64,000 bases of DNA from Octopus sinensis. Lineage: Eukaryota. A model generated the notes under the pieces. The model was not told where the DNA came from. It was given only the letters and a program-made list of their open reading frames with translations, and did not search any database. The stretch is from the NCBI RefSeq assembly GCF_006345805.1, contig NC_043006.1, forward strand, positions 102,114,001 to 102,178,000, written 5' to 3'. Positions within the stretch are counted from its first letter, which is position 1, and each line of letters opens with the position of its first letter. The translations under genes were made by a program, and so were the position numbers. Below, one piece after another: positions 26,020 through 38,963 of the stretch.

Positions 26020-26022
26020 CAC
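25677..26022. repeat. Compound (ATT)n/(ATC)n microsatellite, ~345 bp
   Basis: Visible directly; source of the poly-Y/H and poly-I/M ORFs. Confidence 0.97.
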
Positions 26023-26319
26023 TTCAAGAGTGACAGATGAGGGATGACAGGCTAAGGGGTCATTACAGGAGCAGATTACAAAAAGTGTCAGAGATTAGAT
26101 AGAAATTAAACAAATGTAAAGTGACAGTACACACAATACATATATTTTAAAGTCCCAAGAGACTGCCACACAGAACCAATCAAGGAAAATTACCAACCCC
26201 AAATTACACTGAGTACCAAATATAAATGCTCTTTCCCAGCCATATTCAATGACCAATATATGTAAGATGATGTAATTATATAATTTATGAACCTGTAGTG
26301 ATGCTGCTGTGTAAGGTTC

Positions 26320-26660
26320 AGTGCACATGCGCAGAATGGGATTACTTCCGGTTGGCCACCAGAAGTCTTCCCCATGCGCATGTGTGGGAAACTGGCCCCT
26401 AAAACGCGGTTCGGTCATTCACTCTTTTTGGCCCTAGCAGCCTTCGTGAACGGACATGTATTGGCAGTCTCTGAGGACTTCACACCAACCAAGCAGCGAA
26501 CCACAACGAATCATCTCGAACAACAAACAAGAATCAGTAATACAGATTCGGCTGTCGGTTTCCCTCCAGAGAACACGTGCACCAGTCCTACATTACGACA
26601 AGAAATAAACAACATTTTTTGCTGTGTTCATAGATCGCCTGGCTTTAATTACAATTGGTG
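26320..26660. promoter_or_regulatory. CpG-rich promoter-like region with NRF1-like and ETS motifs
   Basis: TGCACATGCGCA 26322-26333, ACTTCCGG 26344-26351, CATGCGCATG 26373-26382 and a CACGTG E-box. CpG density is clearly above the non-repeat background. Possible donor TTG|gtgact after 26657. Confidence 0.6.
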
Positions 26661-27093
26661 ACTTTTTCTTTATGTACTGTGTGATCTTTCTAACTATAGA
26701 GACCAGTGAAAGGAAACTTGATCTATATTGCATAAGTTCTCTTTGCATGTTTTTCACTTTGTTTGTATAAGGATGCACATGGAGTTCTAAATACTGGCTC
26801 TATGTTACCTTAGGGAAGGGGAAAAAAAATCAGTGATGAACAAAGTAATGTTACATTCTTTCTGAAAGTTAATAGCAGCAGAATTGAAGTGGTTTGACCA
26901 AAACAAAATTAATCATTTCACAATATCACCTTTCTTTCTTGCCCTATAGCAGTGGTTGTTACCCTTTTGTAGGTCAGAACTTGTGTTCCACTCATTGGTG
27001 CCGCACAAACACCCCAACACAATCATAATATACTAGTAAAAATTCTTATTTCTATCAAACTGAATCTAATTTTGTGCAGTGATTTATTTTCTA

Positions 27094-27492
27094 CTAGCAG
27101 TATCGCCTGGTGTTGCTCGGGTTTGTAAGGGAAATAACTATATAAGCATTTTTAGAGAGTTATAGCCAAAAAATAGTAAAAAATGCATTAAAAATGGAAA
27201 GAAATGATGGTAAATTTTTTTTTAAATCGTTGACACATCGTAGACATTTTTAGAGAGTTACTTCCCTTATATAATAGCGAAAAAATGCATTAAAATGGAA
27301 AAAAATGATGGTAAATTATTTTTTAAATCGTAGACTCATCGTAGACGCGCGCTAATACCCAGAAGGGCTCGATATGAATCACGACTATAAGATACTCGGT
27401 TTTGGTTAAACTGCACCACAAAATGTGGGAGTAGTTAGGAATCTAAATCGTAGGAGACAGACAGTACACAACCTCACTTTTATATATAAAGA
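27094..27492 (-). mobile_element. Non-autonomous Helitron, same family as 4370-4770
   Basis: Reverse complement has A|TC...CTAG|T ends and the same hairpin and internal duplication; high identity by eye. Confidence 0.85.
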
Positions 27493-27734
27493 TTAGTGTC
27501 ATGTAGTATCCTATTCAGCATATGCCTCATTTAAATGTATGTCTGAACTAGTGTCCCTTATGTTAAATTTTTATGGAAATTACAGAAGGTAAGAATTTAT
27601 ATAATTAAGATATATTTAGATTTGTTGTAAGGACTGTTTGCAGGGAAACACAATAAAGTGTAAGGGAAATACATTGTAATATTTATTCCAATTCTTTACA
27701 TTCTGTCTTCAAATCTTGCTGAGTTCAATTTTTA

Positions 27735-28135
27735 GGTGCAGGTGCGGCTGTGTGGTAAAAAGTTTGCTTCCCCAAGCATATGGTTCCAGGTTCAGTCCCT
27801 CTGCACTGCATTTTGAGCAAGCATCTTTTTTTATAGCCTTGGGCCAACAAAAGATGTGTGAGTAGATTCACTAGGCAAAAACTGAAAGAAGCCTGTCATA
27901 TATACATATGTGTGTGTGTGTGTTTGTTTCTCTATCTTTGTCACCCATCGTTGCTTGACAACTGGTGTTGGTATGTTTATGTCCCTGTAACCTAGTAGTT
28001 CAGCAAAAGAGATCAACGGAATAAGTACCTGGCTTTAAAAATGTAAGCACTGGGGTCAGCTCATTCAATAAAAATTCTTCAAGGTGGTGCCCCAGCATGG
28101 CCACAGTTTGATGGCTGAAACAAGTAAAAGATAAA
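27735..28135 (+). mobile_element. SINE family A
   Basis: Head, TA/TG tract and tail all match. Confidence 0.85.
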
Positions 28136-30420
28136 AAATTAAATTTATAAGTAGCAATGCATATGGTTTATAATAAACATTACAATTTATGTCCTTTAGC
28201 TTTATTACTGGTGCTAACATATCCAACACACATGTATATTAGTATTTTGTATTCAATGACTCCCTTTACTGCAGAAATCAGATATATCCACTCGAAATTT
28301 CATTTCTGCAGAAAGCAGTTTTATGTATCAATCTATCTTTTGTTGAGAAATGTCCTGCTTGAAACTACTTTTTGTTGAGATATGTCAAGTTTATTGAGGC
28401 AACATGACTTGCAGAAAATACCGATTTTAATTTTTGGTAGATATTTAACATCATTACTGGAATAACCATGGAATTTAATCTCACAGTTAAAGGGTTAAGA
28501 TAAAATTAAAAATAAACATGGAAAATAATTTGAGATATGCAACAAATCATCATCTTCCAAAATCAATATTTAATAATTGAAAACTAATGGCTGTCATGAG
28601 CTTGATGTGATTCTACTAATCTAAATGCATTAAGTTTGATTTAAATGAATCTTAAGTCTATCCTTTTACGTTGTGGTAATCTACTTTCCTGTTTAGCTAG
28701 TGATTGTTAACTGACCACTTTCTCCACCAGGTGTAAGGAATGAAAATGCTAACAACAGCAACCTCCTTCCAAAGATGAGCTTTTTAATTTGTTTATAAAA
28801 GTATTTAAAATATAAGTATTATATGTGGTTTAAATATTTTATATTTAAAAAATCATGATACCTCCTTATCTTCTTCACATCCAGAGCCCCTATAGTTCCA
28901 CTTTGATAATTTCTTTCCTCTTCTTTGCTCATGATGGCCTCAAGAAAGTGTAACCATTCAGGTTAGAAGCCACTGCTCTTTAGTACATCTTAACTTACAA
29001 GAGTTATAACTGTTATTATTATTATTGTGCAGTAATATAAGAAAAAAATTCTTCATTAACCCAACTTTCTTCAGTAAGTACCTTATAAGTACATTACAGA
29101 CATTTGAATCATAAAATTTATGAAATACTTATATTTTAGATTTTTCATTTCTTTTTTACATTTCAAGCAAATTTTGAAGTTGGTTTTTTAAAGGTCTAGT
29201 AAGTAAGATGTACCCTCTAGGCTGGGGTACATCTTATTCGTGCCTGAGATTTTCACAAGATCTTAGTAAATGTTTGTTTATATTGAAGACTAATATTCAC
29301 ACAAAAGAAGAACCAAAACTTAGTACCCTCCAGTTATAGACCCCTCTAATCTACTGACAAAGTAATGCAGTGGAGCCCTTTCATATGCCACCACATCATC
29401 CATTGGTTAGTGTTGGGTCCCTAGACCTGACCTATGGAGCCCTGCCCAATGTATTCATGTTTCAAGATAGCAGTAATCAATCATAGCTCATAATGAAAAC
29501 CCTCGTTAAAAAGTTAATGGTAAAAATGGGTTGTGATGTTCCTTCAGGGACTCTAGACTCTGTTTGATATTGGAGTGGTTTCTCTATACATATACAGCTG
29601 AAGATGAACTCTGCAATGCAAGCTTACAAATCACTTGTCAGTTTTGTGGTGTTGCCTCTGCTTTGAGTAAAATAAACTGTTTCTGTCATAGAATGCCTAT
29701 TCTCAGACAGCTGAACTGAGACTTTCTGAATCAAGAGTCTTGACTGTAGACACAAGATACAAACTGCCAGTCTTTCAACTAGTTACCTGATATGCTGTCC
29801 AGTCAGTTATCTACACCAATTTACCTGTCATTTAGTTAGATCGTTTCATATGCCAAATTAATCATGACTAAATCACCTACTATAATTAGTAATATAGCAT
29901 AAGGATTAAGTTATTAATTAATAGGCTTCATATAGAAACAGTTTACTTAATATTAGAACGCAACCATTCTAAGATTGTTAGGATTTAATTCTTTTCTTTT
30001 ATTCTTTTACTGATTTTAATTTGGACTATGACAGTCTTGGGGCATCACTTTTAAAGGTTTATAGCTAAATAATATTGAACTTAGTGCTTTGTTTGGTACA
30101 TAATTGATTGATCAAATAGCAAAGTCCACCTTGGCATAAACAAAACTCAAACATGATAAATACAAGCTATTCTTAATTGATGCACAGTTCTATTAGTAGT
30201 GGACCCCAATACATCCTCAGTACCATCTTTATCTGGAACTGAGTTTTCTTCCTGTGACCAACTTCATTTGTTTTCAAGTGAGACAATAATCTACCAGTCT
30301 ATCAAACAACATAAAGACCAGATATACTTTCATGGTGGACTCCAAGCAGATTACACTGTTAGTTTGTAATCAATGAGTAAACACACATTACATGTAGACA
30401 AGGGAAATATGAAGCCACCT

Positions 30421-30444
30421 ACACAAACACAGACAGGCACCCTT

Positions 30445-30475
<31 letters not shown>

Positions 30476-30996
30476 TCCTCTTTCTCTCTCCCTCTCTCCC
30501 CCTCTCTCTCTTTCTCTCTCTCTCTCCTACACACACACACAAATAGGCTTCTTTCAGCTTTTGTCTACCAAATCCATTGAACGTTTTAGTCGGTCCACAG
30601 CTATATTCTTTTATTCTTTTACTCGTTTCAGTCAATTGAGTGTGGCCATACTGGAGCATTGCCTTAAATGGATTTAGTCAAAGAAATCGACCCTAGGGCT
30701 TATTCTTTGTAAGCCTAGTATTTATTCTATCAGTCTATTTTGCCGATCCGCTAAGTTACGGGGATATAAACACACCAGTATTGGTTGCCAAGCAATGGCA
30801 GGGGGACAAAAACAGACACACACATATACATATACAACAGGCCCTTTCAGTTTCCATCTACCAAATCCCCTCACAAAGCTTTGGTCAACCCAAAGTTATA
30901 GTAGAAGACACTTGCCCAAGGTGTCACACAGTGGGACTGAACCCAGAACCATGCAGTTGGGAAACAAGCTTCTTATCACACAGCCACGCCTGTGCC
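30421..30996 (-). mobile_element. SINE family A: one full copy (30605-30996) plus an adjacent partial copy (30421-30600)
   Basis: Reverse-complement match to family A. Confidence 0.85.
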
Positions 30997-31499
30997 TATT
31001 AGAAAATCCTTGCATAAGTTGCCCTAGAGTGGGACTGAACCTGAGATCACAAGGTTAGGAAGTGAACTTCCAAACCACGTAGCCATTCCTGTATGCCTAT
31101 ATAATTGCTGATACACACACACACACACATGATTTTTCACAGTTGTCCTCAACTAAATCTCACTTACAAATTCTGGGAAGTGTAATTGAATGTAGAACCA
31201 TGTGGTCACCAACTGAAACTCTGAACCACATGACCATATCTGCAACAGTCTTTTAAAAAAGACATGCTATCTATAATTATAAGTTTATCCCTTATTTTGA
31301 CATAAGATATTTTATATATTTAACTGTGTAAATTCGTGGTTCTAATTGTACAACTCAAGTTAAGTAGCTACTTGTGGCAGTAACACTTTTCATAGCTGTG
31401 TATAGCTTCATATGTGCTCAAAGCTAGAAATGTACTGATATGTTGTAAAACACTTTGTTACACACACACACACACACACACACATATGCATATGTTATT

Positions 31500-31708
31500 A
31501 TTGCTGGCAGAGTCGTTAGTACGCTAGGCGAAAAGCTTTGCGGTATTACATCTGTTGCTACATTCTAAGTTCAAATTCCGCCGAGGTCGACTTTGCCTTT
31601 CATCCTTTTGGGGTCAATAAATTAAATACCAGTGAAACACTGGGGTCAATATAATCAACTAGTTCCCTCCGCTAAAAATTTTGAGGCCTTGTGCCTGTAG
31701 TAGAAAGG
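31500..31708 (+). mobile_element. SINE family C, relatively young
   Basis: GCTGGCAGAGTCGTTAG..AAGTTCAAATTCCGCCGAGGTCGACTTTGCC..GGCCTTGTGCCTGTAGTAGAAAGG with CpGs retained. Confidence 0.85.
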
Positions 31709-32012
31709 TGGCTGCACCAGGCTCCAATCTTGATCTGGCAGAGTTTAAACTGCTGGATGCCCTTCCTAATGCCAACCACTCCAAGAGTGTAGTGGGTGCA
31801 TTTACGTGCCACCGGCCTGACTGGCCTTCATACCAGTGGCACGTAAAAGCACCCACTACACTCTCGGAGTAGTTGGCGTTAGGAAGGGCATCCAGCTGTA
31901 GAAACTCTGCCAGATCAAGATTGGAGCCTGGTGCAGCCATCTGGTTCGCCAGTACTCACTCAAATCGTCCAACCCATGCTAGCATGGAAAGTGGACGTTA
32001 AACGATGATGAT
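31709..32012 (+). mobile_element. RTE 3'-tail fragment with a 5' inverted arm (107-bp fold-back)
   Basis: Arms 31709-31815 and 31833-31939 are reverse complements with 8 mismatches. The right arm continues to GGACGTTAAACGATGATGATG. Confidence 0.85.
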
Positions 32013-33070
32013 GATTATTTGATTTAAATAGAAAAATTAGTATATGACATTACAAAGCTGTATATTACTATAGAATATGTTATAAGCCAGATTTTCAGGT
32101 AAGAATAATGAAGCTAACTTGAAATGTGTACGCATACACAAACATTAAACTTTAATGCTTATAGGCTCAGTTTCATTGTTAATCTTAATAATGGTACAAT
32201 ATTTGTTACAACACCATGAAGCTTCAGATTTATAAGGAATAAGAAATTGGAAGTTGAACTGGCCATTCATACTGTTTTTATTGCTTCTATACAAATTGAG
32301 ATGCTTGCACACATGAGAATTGGTACAGAAGGAAAATTGGATGACAACACACTGTAAAGACATTTTCTCTTCAATAATAATTACTACAACTATCACAAAC
32401 ATTAACCCTGCTGACTAACTAACTTATACTAAACTACATTATTACTGCCACAAATATCAGCTATCCACCCTCAGTCACCTACTTAGTTATATAACTAACT
32501 GTTAACGACCATTGACACTGCTACCATCAACATCATTATACCTAGCTGCTACTAACATTACCATTAATCCTCATACCATTGCCACAGCTAACCACTATTT
32601 CGCTGCCTAATAAACAGTAACAATGAGATAATGTGGGAGTCCTCAGAGTGGTTGCTTGACTTGCTTTATATATCACCTAACCGTTCATCAAATTTCATGC
32701 TACCATTCTAAAACCATTGAATTATGTAATCCTTGGTATGTTGTGCCTAAAGAAAGACAGGGCTAATAATCAATGCCTTTGGTAATAAAATTTGCAGGGT
32801 GAGGGCTGACATGGCGCTAAGCAACAACAACAGCAAATCAGTCACTATAGCAAGGCATTGCAGCCAACATTGACAAACTGCAAATGCTAATCTCCACACC
32901 CACAACAATAGCCACCATAACACTACTACTACTACCACCTCCACTGCTACTACTACTATCACCACCACCTCCACTGCTACTACTTCTACTTTCAGTTTCC
33001 TTTCAACATTATTTTGATACAGATATATTTTAAACTCATTTCATTTTTACAGTATTTTCTTCATTTATTT

Positions 33071-33072
33071 AT

Positions 33073-33137
<65 letters not shown>

Positions 33138-33258
33138 GTTATTATTATTGTTATTATTATTATTATTATTGTTATTGTTATTATTATTGTTGTTATTATT
33201 ATTATTATTATTGTTATTATTATTATTGTTATTATTGTTATTATTATTATTGTTGTTG
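33071..33258. repeat. (ATT/GTT)n microsatellite
   Basis: Visible directly; source of the poly-N/Y/L/I ORFs. Confidence 0.97.
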
Positions 33259-34057
33259 TCCTCCTCAAATATCAGAAGAAATTTGAAGAAGTTTTTTGTA
33301 AAATTTATTTTCATACAATGATCTCTAATTCACTGTATTAAGCCCTCAATATAAAAACTTTATTAGCTTTTTGATTAACTGAAAGAAATTCTTGGGTTGG
33401 TGATTCCGGTTTATTGCTGTGGTTGTGGAGTCTGATCTTCTAACTTTTTATATTTTCTCATTATAGTAAAGGTCAAACGATTTTGATTACACTTCATGAT
33501 TTTTTAAAGTTAGTTTTCATAAATTTAGTTTTTTTTTTATGAAATATAAAATAAACATTATGCTAATGATAATAATAATAATAATAAGAAGAAGAAGAAT
33601 GTTGGTTATGATGATGATGATGTATTCTATTTTTCAATGAAATATTAGAAAAAGAATCAATACATGATGAATAGTTTTCAATTGAATATATTGTGGTTAA
33701 AAGATACCTGCAACTGAGGATGTATCCTGTTGCTAAAATCTGAAATGAGTGGAACAAAATACAATCTAATGTGGTTTGTGTGTATGGGAGAGAGAGGGGG
33801 GAGAAAGAGAGAGAGAGAGAGAAAGACGGGGTGTGTATATATGTGAGAGAAAGTGTTTATGTTTGTGTGCACATGTGTATAGATACGTACATGTACATGT
33901 AGAGAAACCTTTCTGAAATGATATCAACTCATTTCTTACATTGAGATAGATATTAGAAAAGTAAACAATATCTTAACTTCAACAATGTGTGTGAGTGTAA
34001 CTGAAAACGAAAATAGTCATATCTAATTTAGAAGCTGTGACCAAAGAAAACAACCCT

Positions 34058-34123
<66 letters not shown>

Positions 34124-34189
34124 TTCTTTCTTTCTTAATAAAAAAATTATATTGAAGTTCAGTAGACAATCCTGGGGGGATTAAAGCCA

Positions 34190-34660
34190 TTTCCATCAGG
34201 AGAGAAAGATGTTATCATCAACCATTTTGTCTACATTTGGTTCGATCCTACTCGGAACATTGATGCTATTTGCAGTCCATCTTATATCAAAGAAGATATT
34301 ATCGAAATTGAAGCCTTGCAAAGATCAATTGTGCTAAAAATAAACAGTATGATTGGTCTTGGCTACCAGAATCACTTACAAGTCGCTGGATTTTATTTCT
34401 TTCTTCAGGAAGCATGAATGAATTAGCATTTACGTTATGTGCAATGTGTGTCACAGAGACTATTCTATCGATATTGAATGTCATTATCAAATGGTATCAA
34501 GTTGAAAACCCAGCCAAGGATGAGACATCGGTTCAGCTTTCTCCTTAAAATATTTCAATTCTACAATCAAACACTCAGAGCAAACTGTCACAACAATTTT
34601 AGATCAACAAGACTAAATTTTCCTTGAAAATGATTTCTAAATGTATCTATCAAACAAGTA
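34190..34660 (+). mobile_element. Old CR1/L2-like LINE RT C-terminal fragment
   Basis: LVRS.(L)E / SPSYIKEDIIEIEALQRSIVLKINSMIGLGYQNHL / SLDFIS resembles the CR1-type VRP.LEY..WSP..KKDI..LERVQRR.TK.I..L..L.YEERL..L.L.SL. Confidence 0.55.
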
Positions 34661-34889
34661 ACAAATATCAGCTCCGTTCCATCTCTGTCTTGACAATTTC
34701 AACCAAACAAACTAACACAATCTGTCTACCGGCCTGTCTCTGTCTACTTCTCTCTGTCTGTCTGTATGTATGTATATATATATATACGAAAACGGATGTT
34801 AAGTGATGATGATGATGATGATCTCACACACACACACAAGTGAATGGACAAACAAAGAAAAGCACCCAATACATTTAATAGGAGTTACA

Positions 34890-35287
34890 TCTTTTGTCTC
34901 TTACTTGTTTCAGTCATTAGACTGTGGCCATGCTGGGGCACTGCTTTGAAGATTTCTTTTGTTGAATGTATTAACCCCAGTATTTATTTATTGTTAAGCC
35001 TGGTACTTATTCTATCGGTCCCTTTTGTCAAACTGCTAAGTTACAGGGGCATAATGACACCAACACCAGCTGTTAAGCCGTACCAAGGGCAGACAAAGAC
35101 ACACACACATATATATATATATACACATATATGACAGGATTATTTCAGTTTCTGTCCACTAAATTCACTCACAAGGCTTTTGGTGGCCCGAGGCTGTAGT
35201 AGAAGACACTTGCCCTAGGTGTCATGCAGTGGGACTGAACCCGGACAAATGTGGTTGAGAGGCAAGCTTCTTACTAGCCATTGCCTG
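34890..35287 (-). mobile_element. SINE family A
   Basis: Reverse-complement match. Confidence 0.82.
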
Positions 35288-36167
35288 TTTAAAGCATTTT
35301 GATTTGGTCCTGTACAATTTGAATTTTTTAGGCTCCTTAAAGGTGCCAAGCTCATCAGGCCCAATGAGCTAGGTTTCTGTGATAAGCCAATGAAACTTTA
35401 AGCTGCATGGGATTGAATCAAAATGTTTTAAATAATAATAATAATAATAATAATGTTGGGAAGATAGATTATAGCCTGCGTCTTTTAGAATTTACTATTA
35501 GTCACAAGCTTCCCCTAGCCAACATACTATTCCCACTCCAGACCTCCAGAGAATATTGTGGTATACCGCTAATGAGGAGATCAATTTTATCCTCACACCA
35601 CAAAAGTCTAAGTCCATTGTTAATAGAGCCAAGAGCAGAAATTTACCTGATGTAGATGTCAATAGATATCACAACTTGATATTTCCAATATTCAAGTTCA
35701 ACCTAGAAAAATACTAAAATGCAAAGAATTTCATTTATAAGATTCTTCATCATCATCATCACCATCATCATCTATTAACAACCACATTTCTGTACTTGCA
35801 TGAATAAGAAGGAATATATTTGAGGCAGACTTTCTACAGCTGGATGCCCTTCCTGTTGCCAACCCTCCCTTGTTTTCAAGCAAGGTGATATTTCCTCATA
35901 ACCAGGCATGTTCTTGCAGAATATTGATACTGCTTATATGACAGTGACACTCATCTACAGCTATCATGTGATGTCAAGACAAAGCAACACAAATACCACG
36001 GACTCACACACATATCCAAGGGAATGAGAAACTCTGAGAAGCTATAGGGTGGATCAACTTCAAATAGATAATTTCTATATGTATGGGTACTTTCTTTTCT
36101 GTTTGTACATGCAAATGTGTGCGGTGGGGTTGTAAATGTCTCAACAGAGATATATTGCAGATGTGTG

Positions 36168-36183
36168 GAAGTTTAAACGAGAA

Positions 36184-36224
<41 letters not shown>

Positions 36225-36370
36225 ATGTAGCTAAATTCACTCACATAGCTTTTGTCAATTTGGGGCTTCAGTAATAAAAGACACTTGCCTGGGATGCCAT
36301 ACAATGGGACTGAACTCAAAATCATGTGGTTGGGAAGCAAACTGCTTAACCACACAGCCAGGTTTGCACC
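36168..36370 (-). mobile_element. SINE family A, head fragment
   Basis: GGGACTGAACTC..AACCACACAGCCA on the plus strand. Confidence 0.7.
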
Positions 36371-37526
36371 TGTGTGTGCATAAATTTCTGTATGGAGATA
36401 AGCATATGTGAGAATGTACCCGGAACAGTATTAAGTAATGTGAGATTTCCTTATAACTGGGTATTTTGGTTAAACTAGAGCAATGGATGATATGGTCAAA
36501 TAATCAGAACTCTACTTTAGTTAGAAATTAATTCCCATTTCACTGTTTCATTTGGAATAATGGCTTTGAATGGGCTCTTACTATTTCCTGAGAATAGAGA
36601 AAAATTCCCTGGTATAATTGAAGAAATGAATTCCTTAATGCTCATTATTTTAATTAAAAATAAAAAGAATTGTTAAAGACATAATCTAAGAGAACAATGC
36701 AAGGATGAATGCATGCTGTTGAGGGGAAAATTGAGGCAGCAGTCTTAGAGTTCTTCAGCATAGTTCCATATGATTATTAAAATGTCGTGTAGCCTGCATC
36801 CTGGAGCAGCCAAACCGATCTCAGGAAAAGAGTTGCCAATATGTCTGCTGTTAATATTGTTCTAATTTTTGTGAGACATTGATTCCAATCTCAACTGAAA
36901 ATGTTGAATGTTTGCAGTTTTGCAAGATAAAGAGAGAGAGAGAGAGAGAATTAAAGAAAATTTTCTTTTAGAATAATAATAAAAAAAAAAGAAAAAGAAA
37001 CAATAAAACAAAATATGAGGAAATGCAAAGGAGAAAATTAAAAACTTCCAGCAGTTTAAAATGCCGTCAGTTTTGTATTAAAATTAGATTTTGTACTTGT
37101 TCATTCCACCTCAGGAATATCCATTAATTAATAGGTATTTGTTTTCTTTGTGTATTTATTTATTCATATATTTCTTCATTGTTTTTTTATTTGTTATATC
37201 ATATGAATCGATGCAAGCCTGGTTAGGCTGTTAAAAATATTGGTTTGGAATTAAAAGGTCCTTGGTTCAACCCAAGTCTCATGAGTGAAATAGAGTAGAC
37301 ACAAAGTATGTAATCACCTGCTGGATTGACTGCATGAGTAATTCAAAGGGACAGGTATGTCACACCCTGTATTATATGGATTCTGATTGAAGAGTACATC
37401 AAGAGTACTTGTGTTCATGGAAAATTCATCATCAAAACCAACAGAGTACATCTATTTAAGTTTACATTCTACGAGCATACATGTGTGTTAATTGTTGTGT
37501 ATGTGGGTGCGTATCGTATCAATTAA

Positions 37527-37747
37527 TCCCTTAACGTTAAGATTATTCTGTCAAATGTAAAACTTTTATATTTACATTGTTTTCAGTCAATCATACGTTA
37601 TATTGTACCTTTGAGATCTTGATGAAGTGTCTATTTATTTTTAGAATGACATTGTAGGGTTGGTATGAGAGGTCAGATCTGGCTAGTTTGAACATAAAAC
37701 AGGTAGAATACTTTTGGTTGGATTTGGTCAGTTTAAATGCTAAAGGG
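37527..37747. mobile_element. piggyBac-type MITE (TTAA-flanked), family 2
   Basis: ttaa|TCCCTTAACGTT ... AATGCTAAAGGG|ttaa; an inverted copy lies at 55418-55641. Confidence 0.75.
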
Positions 37748-37826
37748 TTAAAGGTGGTGGGAATAGACATAGGCATATATTTAAGGAGTTTGGTTTGCAA
37801 TGGTGAGATTCTGGGTTCACCCTTAA

Positions 37827-38000
37827 CCCTTTCATTACTGTATTTATTTTGAGATGCTCTTTAGTAAAATAACTTAGTTATCATTAAGCTAGTGTTAGGA
37901 ACGTAAATTGTGACTAAGGTTTGGTGGAATATCTTAATTCAAAACTTATGAAAGCAGGACATTTTACCACAGAGCCAGAGCCGGTTTAGTAACAAAAGGG
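37827..38000. mobile_element. piggyBac-type MITE (TTAA TSD), family 1
   Basis: TTAA|CCCTTTCATTACT ... AGTAACAAAAGGG|TTAA; TIRs match 11/13. Confidence 0.82.
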
Positions 38001-38918
38001 TTAATGTTTGGAACTGTGGGCAAATATTTTCTGCTATAGCACAAATCAACGAAGGCTTGAAATTGAAATAAGGTAAATTGAAACAGTGTGGAAATTCAGT
38101 TGATGAACTCCCCTTATAATTCAAAAGCTCACCCTTGTCACACACTATGCCATGTTGATTCCACTTATAGGGAGGAGGGTTAGATCAAAAGTACAAGTAT
38201 CTATGAAATATTCAGCCACTTTATAATAGTATGACAAAACTGTGTGATATCCCTCTGGCTGGACTGTATCTGTTATTCAAATCATCAGCTTTGTCACAGA
38301 CAGGAACATGCTGACTCTATTGTAGGATTGTGCTTATTACACAAATCTTAGTGGAATACCTGGCCATTTACACCATTTACATAGGAATTCAATGAGTGAG
38401 GAGTTCAGCTAACCAAACAACTAGAATAGTCATCTTCAAAACCACAAGAGGATATATTTAGTTTTACTTTAAAGATATATGATGATTGAATAAACTGTGT
38501 TTGAACATCAGCTAGTCCTACACATTACAAAACCCAATATTATCATCTAATACATATCGTGCCTCTATACCAGTGATTAACTGAACTCATTCCAATCATG
38601 TAAACACCAATGTTATCTTCTATTGTATAAATTACTTTTATGTCTAGTTGTTTGTTTTTTTAATTAATGTTAAGAGACAACATGTTTCAGAAATAGTGTA
38701 CTGAATTATATATATATATTTAGTGTAGGAAGAAATGGAGCTGAATGAAGATTTAACAAAATTCCTTTTTATTATAAACTTCAAATTTCCACATTAAGGC
38801 ACGGGTTTGAGACCCCATGGTCGTAACCTCAACCATGATTTTTCTGTTGTGATTTTTGCTACCCAGGTATCGGTTATCTTTTGAATAATCCGTAACAAGA
38901 TAATTCATTTATCCATTT

Positions 38919-38958
<40 letters not shown>

Positions 38959-38963
38959 ATATA

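Noticed and set aside
25633-26040. Poly-Tyr/His and poly-Ile/Met ORFs (also poly-N/L/Y at 33.0-33.3 kb)
   Set aside because: Pure trinucleotide microsatellites that lack stops in some frames.
32140-32365. ~70-codon frame interrupted by one TGA (possible selenoprotein)
   Set aside because: No recognisable selenoprotein motif or SECIS; expected by chance.
34409-34549. Apparent last exon encoding a TM helix (SMNELAFTLCAMCVTETILSILNVIIKW...) after a strong polypyrimidine acceptor
   Set aside because: It lies inside a stretch that reads as a CR1/L2 RT C-terminus in another frame, so the LINE explanation is simpler. Exonisation is not excluded.
35330-35400. CTGATGAG on the minus strand as a possible hammerhead core
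   Set aside because: No correctly placed stem II-GAAA and stem III-UH.
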